From Lentisphaeria bacterium (lineage in GTDB: Bacteria > Verrucomicrobiota > Lentisphaeria > Victivallales > JAADHT01): 37,804 nucleotides of DNA. Location of the stretch: contig WFSE01000153.1 in assembly GCA_015486135.1 (NCBI GenBank), positions 1 to 37,804 on the forward strand. Direction: 5' to 3'. The translations under genes were made by a program, and so were the position numbers. Positions within the stretch are counted from its first letter, which is position 1, and each line of letters starts with the position of its first letter. Below the pieces are notes generated by a model that saw only the letters and a list, made by a program, of their open reading frames with translations, was not told the origin of the DNA and searched no databases. This document shows positions 8,871-16,360 of the stretch, in pieces.

Positions 8871-9470
8871 TTATATTTTTTCTACGAGAAACCTTCTCCC
8901 GTCTATCCTTTCGACCACTCTCACGGAGGTTCCGCGGGGCAATTCCTCGTCGGCGACCGCGACGATCTCCCTGGAGTTGCCTTTGACATTGACCGTCACT
9001 TTGCCTATGTCGCGTCTTCCCGCCGGGATTCTGAGATAAACGGTTCCGAGGCACCCGACATATTCGCCTTCGGTTATGTTGCCGCTATGTTGCAGTTTCA
9101 TTATGCCGTAGAGGGCCAATGCGGTAAGTAGCATCATGACACCGCCCGCCGCCAAAGCCACTAGAAACGCCGGCAGGCCTTTAGCGCCATGCTCGTACGC
9201 TATGACACCGCCCCACCCGAAAAACGCCAGAAACGCGACCATGGAACGGATGGAAAACAGGCGGAAATCCCCCGCTCCCATATCCGTGTGGTCCCCGAAC
9301 GACATGTCGCCGCCACTATCCACGTCCGCGTCCAGACCTACATCCATGTCGCCGCCTCCGAAGAAGAACGACAGGCACAACTGAATGAAAGCTATGGCCG
9401 TTCCGAAGATGGCGAACACCAAGTAGAACTTGTAGTCCCCCATGAGAAATTGCCTGATGGTGTCCAGCAT
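8871..9470 (-). CDS. NfeD-like membrane protein (YqiJ type, flotillin partner)
   Basis: ORF 8871..9500. The start is placed at the ATG at 9468-9470 (MLDTIRQ), preceded by GAGGG. The protein has multiple TM helices, an acidic Gly/Asp loop, and a C-terminal OB-fold-like segment GKVTVNVKGNSREIVAVADEELPRGTSVRVVERIDGRRFLV. It is adjacent to and co-directional with the flotillin gene, as in yqiJK operons. Confidence 0.7.
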   Translation of the reverse strand: MLDTIRQFLMGDYKFYLVFAIFGTAIAFIQLCLSFFFGGGDMDVGLDADVDSGGDMSFGDHTDMGAGDFRLFSIRSMVAFLAFFGWGGVIAYEHGAKGLPAFLVALAAGGVMMLLTALALYGIMKLQHSGNITEGEYVGCLGTVYLRIPAGRRDIGKVTVNVKGNSREIVAVADEELPRGTSVRVVERIDGRRFLVEKI

Positions 9471-9524
9471 AATTATCGCCCTCGTTTCCCTAGCACACAT
9501 TATACCCTTCTTCGGATAAAAGCA

Positions 9525-9553
9525 ATGTGTAAAAAGCCGCGGAGCTTACACAT
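9525..9553. promoter_or_regulatory. Inverted repeat ATGTGTAA-N13-TTACACAT upstream of the nfeD-flotillin operon
   Basis: Perfect 8-bp arms at 9525-9532 and 9546-9553, 55-85 bp upstream of the nfeD start on the minus strand. This is a candidate operator. No regulator gene is adjacent. Confidence 0.25.
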
Positions 9554-9572
9554 CGTCCCAAGGGGGCTATGT

Positions 9573-9619
9573 GGGGCTTGCTGAAAAAGTCGGAACCGTG
9601 CCGACTATTCAGTGAACCC
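9573..9619. repeat. Short intergenic repeat family B (palindromic copy)
   Basis: The sequence ggggcttgCTGAAAAAGTCGGAACcgtgCCGACTATTCAGtgaaccc contains GTTCCGACTTTTTCAG in reverse orientation followed by a forward CCGACT-ATTCAG half. The same core occurs at 12079-12100 and 16185-16217. Confidence 0.6.
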
Positions 9620-9620
9620 G

Positions 9621-9658
9621 AAATAAAAAACGGGGAACAGGCGGACACCTGTTCCCCG
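9621..9658 (-). terminator. Rho-independent terminator of glnN
   Basis: An 11-bp perfect stem CGGGGAACAGG/CCTGTTCCCCG (loop cggaca) is followed on the minus strand by TTTTTTATTT, 30 nt downstream of the glnN stop. Confidence 0.7.
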
Positions 9659-9687
9659 TCAAGGGGATGTTCGCTATTGGTATTCGC

Positions 9688-11826
9688 TTAGTACACGAAA
9701 AGCAGCTCGCCGTATTTAGGGAGTGGCCAACGCTCGTCGTCCACGAGCTTCTCCAAGCCGTCGCCGGCTTCCCTGAGATTGTTCATGGCGGCAATAGTCT
9801 TTACCGAATCCTCTTTGGCCAACGCTTTTTCCAGCTTGTCGGAAGCGGCGCACAAGTTGCCTACGAGCTTGCCGATTTTCTCCAATACAATCTTTTGCTC
9901 TTTGATGCCGACCTTGACCCCGATATCTTCGAGCGCCTTGATGTTCGCCGCTATGGCGGACTGTTGATTGATAGCGGCTGGCAGCATCATTGTCATGGCC
10001 ATTTCGAGGGCTAGATTGCCTTCGATCATGATAGTTGTGGAATAATTCTCCGAGAAGACCTCGTAGCGGGATTCAAGCTCGCGAGCATTTAACACACCGT
10101 ATTTCTCAAAGAGCTTTTTGGCCTTTGTGGTTTTGAGGGCCTCGATTGCCTCGAGAGTATTGATCAGATTGGGAAGACCTCGTTTGGCGGCTTCCTTCTT
10201 CCAGGCGTCGGTGTAGTTGTCGCCGTTGAAGATAACGCGTTTGTGCTTTTTGACGATACCTTGCAGGATTTTCTGCAACGCGCTGTTGAAATCGGCCTTT
10301 TTGACCTTTTCGAGGGCGGTGGCGATTTCGTCAAGGGCTTCGGCTACGATAGTGTTCAGGACGATATTAGGGCTTGCGCAGGACTGTGTGGAGCCGACGG
10401 CGCGGAATTCGAACTTGTTGCCAGTGAAGGCGAACGGGCTCGTTCTGTTGCGGTCGGTGGCGTCGCGCGGGAGATCCGGGAGGGTGTCAACGCCGATACG
10501 CATGACTCCTCCGGACTTCGCAGATTTCGCGGGTCCTTTTTCAAGTTGCTCGATAACGTCCGTCAATTGTTCTCCTAAGAAGATGGAGATGATTGCCGGA
10601 GGTGCCTCGTTTGCGCCGAGACGATGGTCGTTGCCAGCGCCGGAGACGGCCGCCCTGAGTAGGTCTGCGTGGGTGTCCACTGCTTTTATGACCGCGCAAA
10701 GGAATGTGAGGAATTTGGCGTTCTCGTGGGGATTTTTGCCTGGATCGAGGAGATTTCCGCTAGGCGATCCGAGCGACCAGTTGTTGTGTTTTCCCGAGCC
10801 GTTGACGCCAGCGAAGGGTTTCTCGTGTAGGAGACACGCCAATCCGTGGCGGTCCGCTACCTTGCGGAGGGTTTCCATGACGAGCATGTTGTGGTCCACC
10901 GCCAAGTTGAGGTCCTCGAAAACAGGTGCGATTTCAAACTGCGCCGGGGACACTTCGTTGTGGCGCGTCTTCGCCGGAATGCCAAGGCGCCAGAGTTCCT
11001 GGTCGACATCCGACATGAAATTCAGAACGCGGGTTTTAATCGCTCCAAAATAGTGGTCGTCCAACTGCTGGTGCTTGGGCGGAACGTTGCCGAAGAGGGT
11101 CCTGCCGGTCTGCACCAGGTCGGGACGGGCCATGAACAGTTCCTTGTCCACGAGGAAGTATTCCTGCTCGGGGCCGAGGGTTGCCACGACCGTGCCGTCG
11201 ATTTTCTCGCCGAAGCATTTCAAAACGCGTTTCGCCTGCTCGGACACGGCTTGTATCGAGCGTAGAAGCGGGGTTTTCTTATCGAGGGCCTCGCCGGTGT
11301 ATGAACAGAAAGCGGTGGGGATGCAAAGCGTGGCTCCTCTGTCGTCGCGTTTTATGAAGGCCGGGCTTGTGGGATCCCACGCGGTGTATCCGCGAGCCTC
11401 GAATGTGGCTCTGATGCCTCCGGACGGGAAACTGGAGGCGTCCGGCTCGCCTTGGATGAGGTTTTTGCCGGAGAAATTCATCATAACTCCGCCTTCGGAG
11501 TCGGGCTCGATGAAGGAGTCGTGCTTTTCGGCGGTGGAGCCTGTGAGTGGCTGGAACCAATGGGTGTAGTGGCTCGCTCCCTTGCTCACGGCCCAGCGTT
11601 TCATCGCGTTTGCGACATCGTCGGCGATGCTATCGTCGATGACGGCACCCTTGCGGATGGTGTCGAGCAATTTTTTGTACACCGGTTTGGGCAGGTAGTC
11701 CTTCATGGTTTTGATGTTGAAAACATCTTCGCCGTAAATCTCCGATATGAGCTTATCCCGTCCTGGTCCTTTTGGGGGAGCGGGGCGGCCCGCGACGTTA
11801 GAGATGGCCTGTTTTCTGATACTCAT
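9688..11826 (-). CDS. glnN: Glutamine synthetase type III
   Basis: ORF 9688..11946. The start is placed at the ATG at 11824-11826 (MSIRKQ), preceded by AAGGAG 9 nt upstream. The ~712-aa size and the [10 protein letters not shown] block are characteristic of GSIII. Confidence 0.85.
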   Translation of the reverse strand: MSIRKQAISNVAGRPAPPKGPGRDKLISEIYGEDVFNIKTMKDYLPKPVYKKLLDTIRKGAVIDDSIADDVANAMKRWAVSKGASHYTHWFQPLTGSTAEKHDSFIEPDSEGGVMMNFSGKNLIQGEPDASSFPSGGIRATFEARGYTAWDPTSPAFIKRDDRGATLCIPTAFCSYTGEALDKKTPLLRSIQAVSEQAKRVLKCFGEKIDGTVVATLGPEQEYFLVDKELFMARPDLVQTGRTLFGNVPPKHQQLDDHYFGAIKTRVLNFMSDVDQELWRLGIPAKTRHNEVSPAQFEIAPVFEDLNLAVDHNMLVMETLRKVADRHGLACLLHEKPFAGVNGSGKHNNWSLGSPSGNLLDPGKNPHENAKFLTFLCAVIKAVDTHADLLRAAVSGAGNDHRLGANEAPPAIISIFLGEQLTDVIEQLEKGPAKSAKSGGVMRIGVDTLPDLPRDATDRNRTSPFAFTGNKFEFRAVGSTQSCASPNIVLNTIVAEALDEIATALEKVKKADFNSALQKILQGIVKKHKRVIFNGDNYTDAWKKEAAKRGLPNLINTLEAIEALKTTKAKKLFEKYGVLNARELESRYEVFSENYSTTIMIEGNLALEMAMTMMLPAAINQQSAIAANIKALEDIGVKVGIKEQKIVLEKIGKLVGNLCAASDKLEKALAKEDSVKTIAAMNNLREAGDGLEKLVDDERWPLPKYGELLFVY

Positions 11827-11995
11827 GTTCGTTTTCTCCTTATGCTTCCGGAGGCGGTCCGGCACGAACCGGCTCCACGCAGTACGCAATCCCCGGCGAT
11901 GGCACCGAGGCAAAATGGAATGTAGTCTGATAGACGCGCTCGTCAAATAAAAACGGCGGATTTATCAGGGAAAATACGAGAAGAGATTGCGGCGG

Positions 11996-12142
11996 CCATT
12001 TTTCTCCGACTCCGCCAAGGGGGGCGACTCGAGTAAGGCAATAAGGTTCAGGTCCAGGGTTAAGGCGACGATGTCATCGGTGCGGTTCCGACTTTTTCGG
12101 CTAGCCCCAATTAAAATATTGCCAATTCATTCAGGGGGCTCC
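11996..12142. repeat. Cluster of short repeats (20-mer CCATTTTTCTCCGACTCCGC; family B core GGTTCCGACTTTTTCGGCTAGCCCC; partial family A TIR TTGCCAATTCATTCAG)
   Basis: The 20-mer at 11996-12016 recurs as CCATTTTTCACCGACTCCGC at 16229-16248. The family B core at 12079-12105 recurs at 16185-16217 and, inverted, at 9573-9596. A family A half-TIR lies at 12115-12134 and another (aaccaattattcagg) at 12266-12279. Confidence 0.6.
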
Positions 12143-12214
12143 ACATTGGGAGAGCCGCTTTTTCATATCCTTAAAAAGTTATTTGGGACGGGGTTGAGAT
12201 AAAGTCCGAGGATA

Positions 12215-12234
12215 GTCAAACTGAATTGTTTGAC
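12215..12234. promoter_or_regulatory. Perfect palindrome GTCAAAC-tgaatt-GTTTGAC about 125 bp upstream of the ABC ATPase gene
   Basis: 7-bp inverted arms with a 6-bp spacer, giving a dimeric-repressor-operator-like geometry. It may also be a diverged fragment of the CTGAAT-containing repeat. Confidence 0.3.
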
Positions 12235-12290
12235 AAAACTCAGATAACTATTATTAAGTAGGGAAACCAATTATTCAGGAGGGTCTAAAT

Positions 12291-12298
12291 GGGGGGGG
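12291..12298. repeat. G8 homopolymer tract in the promoter/leader region of the ABC-CPBP module
   Basis: The tract reads taaatGGGGGGGGcg and ends 60 bp upstream of the ATG at 12358. This is a candidate slipped-strand (phase-variation) site. Confidence 0.5.
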
Positions 12299-12357
12299 CG
12301 ATTATCTAGCAGGTTCTACTTGCCTTATCCTGGGGATATTCGGGAAAGGGGATTTTT

Positions 12358-13119
12358 ATGGAGGAGTCCGCATTTTTAAAAATAGACCGCGCAACTCGCA
12401 GGTTCGGTGCGTTTACGGCTGTGGATGGTGTTGCTATTGAGCAACGGCGCGGAGAGATTCTGGCGCTTCTCGGACCTAATGGTGCCGGGAAAACCACTCT
12501 GATAAAAATGATAACCGGCACATTGGTCCCGAATGCCGGAAAGCTGACCTTAAACGGGCATGACTGCTTTTCTGAACGTGATAAATGCATGGCGATAACG
12601 GGATACGTCCCCGATGAGCCCAAATTCCCGCCTTATGCGCGTGCTGTTGAGCTACTTGATTTTTATGGTGAAATGCACGGCCTCTCCCCGTCCGAAATAA
12701 TTGAATATGCTACCCCTTTGGTAAAACGGTTGCGAATGGACGAGGATCTTAACGAGTTTGCCGTCAACTTTTCAAAAGGGATGAAAAAAAAGTTCGCTTT
12801 TGTCATGGCAATGTTGCATAATCCCTCTTTCATGGTTTTTGATGAACTGACAAACGGTCTCGACCCCTATGCGACAAGAGAGCTGCATCAGATTATGCGG
12901 GATAGAGCGGGAAAAGGCTGTGCTATTCTTTTCAGCACCCATCTTCTTGATCAGGCGGAGCGCATTTGCGATCATCTGGCGATAATGCACAAGGGAAAAA
13001 TCGTATCTTCGGGAGAATTGGAAAAACTGAAAAAAGAGGGGAGTCTCGAAGAATTGTTCTTCAGGCATACAGGTGAAGCGGTGGAAACAACCGACAAGAC
13101 CACTGCGGAGAACAGATAG
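12358..13119 (+). CDS. ABC transporter ATP-binding protein (ABC-2 exporter type)
   Basis: Walker A GPNGAGKTT, a signature-like FSKGMKKK, Walker B MVFDELTNGLD and an H-loop STH. The gene is AT-richer than its surroundings. Confidence 0.85.
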   Translation: MEESAFLKIDRATRRFGAFTAVDGVAIEQRRGEILALLGPNGAGKTTLIKMITGTLVPNAGKLTLNGHDCFSERDKCMAITGYVPDEPKFPPYARAVELLDFYGEMHGLSPSEIIEYATPLVKRLRMDEDLNEFAVNFSKGMKKKFAFVMAMLHNPSFMVFDELTNGLDPYATRELHQIMRDRAGKGCAILFSTHLLDQAERICDHLAIMHKGKIVSSGELEKLKKEGSLEELFFRHTGEAVETTDKTTAENR

Positions 13120-13158
13120 TCCTGCGAACCGCAGGGAAGCAAGGGGTAACTAGAAAGA

Positions 13159-15822
13159 ATGAAAAAACCTCTATCCCTATACAGATTTATTTTAGCCTGG
13201 GCGAAACTTCAATTCAGAATAAAGTCCAATCTCTTCGTTCATGCTTTGTCTTTTTTCAAAAAGAAACAGAAAGCGCTGCTTAAGGTTAGACAGCCTTATT
13301 TTCATAAGAACACACATGGCATATTTTCATTTTTGTTGTCCGCGTTTTTCTTTTTTCTATATTTTTTCCTATTCTTTAATCTTTCTTTTACGTTTATCCA
13401 AAGAATCGACAAAGTGATACCATACGATGTATCTGATACTTTGGAGAAACATTTACCGCCTCTTCCATTTTCTGTCACGACGACACTGGAGGATTTGGAA
13501 GAAGAAGTAAACACAAAACTCGCGGCGATGAAGAAGGTTAATAGAAAAGAGGAGCTCAGCCAGGAGTTAAGGAGAGACATACTCTTTAAGTCAATCAAAT
13601 TAAAAAGGGGCCAAAAAAGCTTTAATTCTCTTTATGAGCGCATGAAATATGACCTAACTGTTCCCGAGCGGTTCGCCATTTCTGCGAGTCTCACCGAAAG
13701 AGCGGCTGAAAAAATCATACAAATATATATTGACAAAGGCTATCCTTATCTGAAAGAAAACATGTCCGATTTCGACTTTTTCCCCCGTTTCTTCGGTAGA
13801 CGCGCTGAAATTTTTATCTTTTGGCTGGGCACGTATTTCCTTATAGTTATGATTGGGCTGGTGATGGCGGAGGGTATCGGAAATAAAAATCCGATTATGC
13901 ATTCTCCGGAAAACAACCTTGACAGTTATTTTGCCCTTCCCGTTAAACCGTGGGTGTTGTGCTCACTTCCCTTCATACAGCGACTTTTTTTCAATCCGCT
14001 TACGCTTTATGTTGCCTTTCCGCCTACGTTTATGGCATCGCTAGCATTGGGCTTTCCGTTTTTCAAATCCCTTGCCGTCGCGGCATGCGCGACTATGGTG
14101 TTCGCCATTTCACTTTCTTCGCTTCAGATTGTGTATCAGCTTATCGGACGTTTCAGCAGAAGCAAGCTCATACGTATTTTGTTGGCTTATCTGCAGATTC
14201 CGGGATACGCAATTTTATGCATCGCATACGGTATCTTTTTTGTCTACTCCCTGCCACGGAGTTTTATCTCATTGGCAATGTGGAATCCTGGAAAGTATTT
14301 GCCAGCAACTCTTATTGTTTCCATATCCCGCACAGGAGCTTACTGGCGTTTATGGGAGGTCATTGTAATTACCGCGGCCTTCCCGCTGCTTGCCTTTCTG
14401 TTCATACGTTTTTTCACGCGTAACGGATTGCCATCAATTCCAATGAGGAATTCTTCCGGCGCTGGAAGCAGATATTCCGTAAAGAATAGAGCTTATCTGT
14501 TTGCCATTATGAGGGCTTTTCGGGACCGGCAGTACTTCATACAGACTTTTCTTATACCTCCACTGCTTTTTTGCTTTTATTATTATATGTTTCTCATGAA
14601 TAACCCCCTTGCCCTCTTCTCCAGCGGAAAACTCTCCGCTGATGAAGGTATCCTGCGGAACGGCATGCTTTATCTGACGATTCTATACGCCTCTTCTGTT
14701 TTTATTTTCATGGGGTCTCTTTTCAGATTTGTCGCACAGGAACGCGATGCGTTATGGTTTTTTTATACGGCCCCAAAGCCAGTAGAGAAAATCCTCAGAG
14801 TTTATATCATATCATGGCTGACGGTGGTGATGATATATTTCATGACCGGCATAATTGTGATGAGCTATCTTTATCCTTTTAATCTTCATCTCATCCTGAA
14901 AGCATCCGCGTTTTTCCTCGGTCTGATTCCCATGGCCTTCATCTCTATGGCACTTTCTTTCAGCGCGTATAAAGCACCACAGATGATACAGGATAATCCT
15001 TCGCCGTATCCGATTGTCACCTTTCATTTATTGTGGATTGCGTCGCTTTTTGGCGCGGCTATATATTATGGACCTCCAGGAAGTGAATTGACGATGCTGA
15101 TATTATTCTGCTTTGTCGCAACAGGGCTCTGGAAGGACCTCAATCGCGTGGTGCCGGTTTTTCTTGATCCGGGATTTACAGCAACCCCCAGGCTAACATT
15201 GAACAATACTCTCAACTGGGTGCTGTTTTTTTTCTCTTTACGCATTATCATTGACATTATTGCTGGGGTGGCCTCTCAGCCCAATAGCGCTGTAACTGTC
15301 GGGACGGTCGTGGCATACGCGATCGCGGGGTGCGTTTCTGTCGGCTTGGCGAGCCTTTGGGGATTCCGAATCAAAGTCCCCTCTCTTTCAAAAAAGCATG
15401 ATATGTTTTCAGGACTCAGGCTGACTCTTGCTTTTATTGCTATGTTGGCCGCGCTCGCAGCGTTCGCCACATTTTATTTTCCGTTGGTGAAGAACCTCAG
15501 TCAACATCTATATTGTCTAAAAATCATAACAAAAACCGATAGAATAATCGTATCGATTTATTTTTGCCTGTTTGCTCCGGTCTTGGAGGAGGTTCTTTTC
15601 AGGCGTTTTCTTTTCCGCGCCCTTCTGCAAGACTTCTCTTCCGGCAAAGCCCTGCTTTTCAATGCTTTAATATTCGCATCCATTTCACCAGTAAGCAATT
15701 TTCTGCCGCTCTTATGTCTCGGATTATGCTGTGGCTGGATTTACCTGCGCTCAGGCAAACTTTATTCCGCAGTTATGCTCCATTCGCTTTTCAACCTTTA
15801 TGTGATTTACGCATGCATGTAA
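13159..15822 (+). CDS. Fusion protein: putative ABC-exporter permease (multi-TM) with a C-terminal CPBP/CAAX-protease (Abi) domain
   Basis: 887 aa. The N-terminus, LYRFILAWAKLQFRIKSNLF...KKKQKALL, resembles the start of putative-ABC-exporter family permeases. About 14 or more hydrophobic helices follow. The C-terminal ~110 aa carry the CPBP motifs EEVLFRRFLFRAL (EExxxR) and HSLFNLYV (HxxxN). The gene is strongly AT-rich, with RBS AAGGGG 12 nt upstream. Confidence 0.7.
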   Translation: MKKPLSLYRFILAWAKLQFRIKSNLFVHALSFFKKKQKALLKVRQPYFHKNTHGIFSFLLSAFFFFLYFFLFFNLSFTFIQRIDKVIPYDVSDTLEKHLPPLPFSVTTTLEDLEEEVNTKLAAMKKVNRKEELSQELRRDILFKSIKLKRGQKSFNSLYERMKYDLTVPERFAISASLTERAAEKIIQIYIDKGYPYLKENMSDFDFFPRFFGRRAEIFIFWLGTYFLIVMIGLVMAEGIGNKNPIMHSPENNLDSYFALPVKPWVLCSLPFIQRLFFNPLTLYVAFPPTFMASLALGFPFFKSLAVAACATMVFAISLSSLQIVYQLIGRFSRSKLIRILLAYLQIPGYAILCIAYGIFFVYSLPRSFISLAMWNPGKYLPATLIVSISRTGAYWRLWEVIVITAAFPLLAFLFIRFFTRNGLPSIPMRNSSGAGSRYSVKNRAYLFAIMRAFRDRQYFIQTFLIPPLLFCFYYYMFLMNNPLALFSSGKLSADEGILRNGMLYLTILYASSVFIFMGSLFRFVAQERDALWFFYTAPKPVEKILRVYIISWLTVVMIYFMTGIIVMSYLYPFNLHLILKASAFFLGLIPMAFISMALSFSAYKAPQMIQDNPSPYPIVTFHLLWIASLFGAAIYYGPPGSELTMLILFCFVATGLWKDLNRVVPVFLDPGFTATPRLTLNNTLNWVLFFFSLRIIIDIIAGVASQPNSAVTVGTVVAYAIAGCVSVGLASLWGFRIKVPSLSKKHDMFSGLRLTLAFIAMLAALAAFATFYFPLVKNLSQHLYCLKIITKTDRIIVSIYFCLFAPVLEEVLFRRFLFRALLQDFSSGKALLFNALIFASISPVSNFLPLLCLGLCCGWIYLRSGKLYSAVMLHSLFNLYVIYACM

Positions 15823-15908
15823 GGCCCACTGAATAACTGGCTTATGCTTGGCTCAAGGGTTTTGGGAGCATCTACTTTAGGGCCCGCCAATTGTTCAGCG
15901 GCCCTAAG
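15823..15908. repeat. Short (~70 bp core) copy of MITE-like repeat family A
   Basis: The sequence ggcccaCTGAATAACTGGcttatgcttggctcaagggttttgggagcatctactttagggcccGCCAATTGTTCAGcggccctaag has TIRs CTGAATAACTGGC / GCCAATTGTTCAG and GGCCC flanks on both sides. It begins 1 nt after the permease stop codon. Confidence 0.7.
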
Positions 15909-15960
15909 TTCACAGAGGGAGGAAGCCTCCCAGGTGGCGACGGGGGATAGTTCGGGTTCG

Positions 15961-16100
15961 CTGAATAATTGGCAAGTGCCTTATTGTCATTGGGTTAAAT
16001 GCCTTTTTAATGGTGTCATCTCCAAACTCTTGGGAGCAGACCTCCCAAAAGCCTTGGAGACGACTAATATTCTCTGCTCAATTTAAGGCACTTGCCAATT
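15961..16100. repeat. Full-length (~140 bp) copy of MITE-like repeat family A
   Basis: The element runs CTGAATAATTGGCAAGTGCC...internal palindrome ctcttgggagcagacctcccaaaag...GGCACTTGCCAATT. Its terminal inverted repeats are about 19 and 14 nt. It aligns with the 2926..3065 copy in the opposite orientation. Confidence 0.75.
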
Positions 16101-16184
16101 CCGTGAAAGACGGAAACGCACCGCCGATCTCGTTGACTTCACCTAGGAGTATGCTTATACGCCTGCGGTTCGTCGCCTAATCAG

Positions 16185-16248
16185 CGGCACGTTTCCGACT
16201 TTTTCAGTAAGCCCTAGTTCGTTCTCGACCATTTTTCACCGACTCCGC
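16185..16248. repeat. Family B repeat (CGGCACGTTTCCGACTTTTTCAGTAAGCCCTAG) plus the 20-mer CCATTTTTCACCGACTCCGC in the gltB leader
   Basis: The same two elements occur in the glnN/ABC intergenic region at 11996-12105, in the opposite order. Confidence 0.6.
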
Positions 16249-16360
16249 TTTCAATAAGACGGACTTGAGGTATGTTTCACCCCTTTCCGCGGCGGAGGAG
16301 GAGTTGCAACGCCCGGATATTTGCTCAATTTCGGACATGCGAGTTGGAGAGGATTCCAAA

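Noticed and set aside
11987-12202. 71-aa TTG-initiated ORF just upstream of the ABC exporter, considered as a possible exported precursor peptide
   Set aside because: It has a non-ATG start with no RBS. Its sequence is composed largely of the family B and 20-mer repeat elements. It is basic, low-complexity and has no leader-peptide features.
12190-12215. AAAGTCCG in gagataaagtccgaggatag, resembling the RNase P RNA P4 core
   Set aside because: Only an 8-nt match. The surrounding ~350 nt lack the conserved RNase P helices and GC-rich structure.
16087-16101. GGCAC...TTGCC in the repeat TIR considered as a sigma-54 (-24/-12) promoter for gltB
   Set aside because: The spacing and the -12 element do not fit TGGCAC-N5-TTGCA. 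The motif is part of every repeat copy regardless of gene context.
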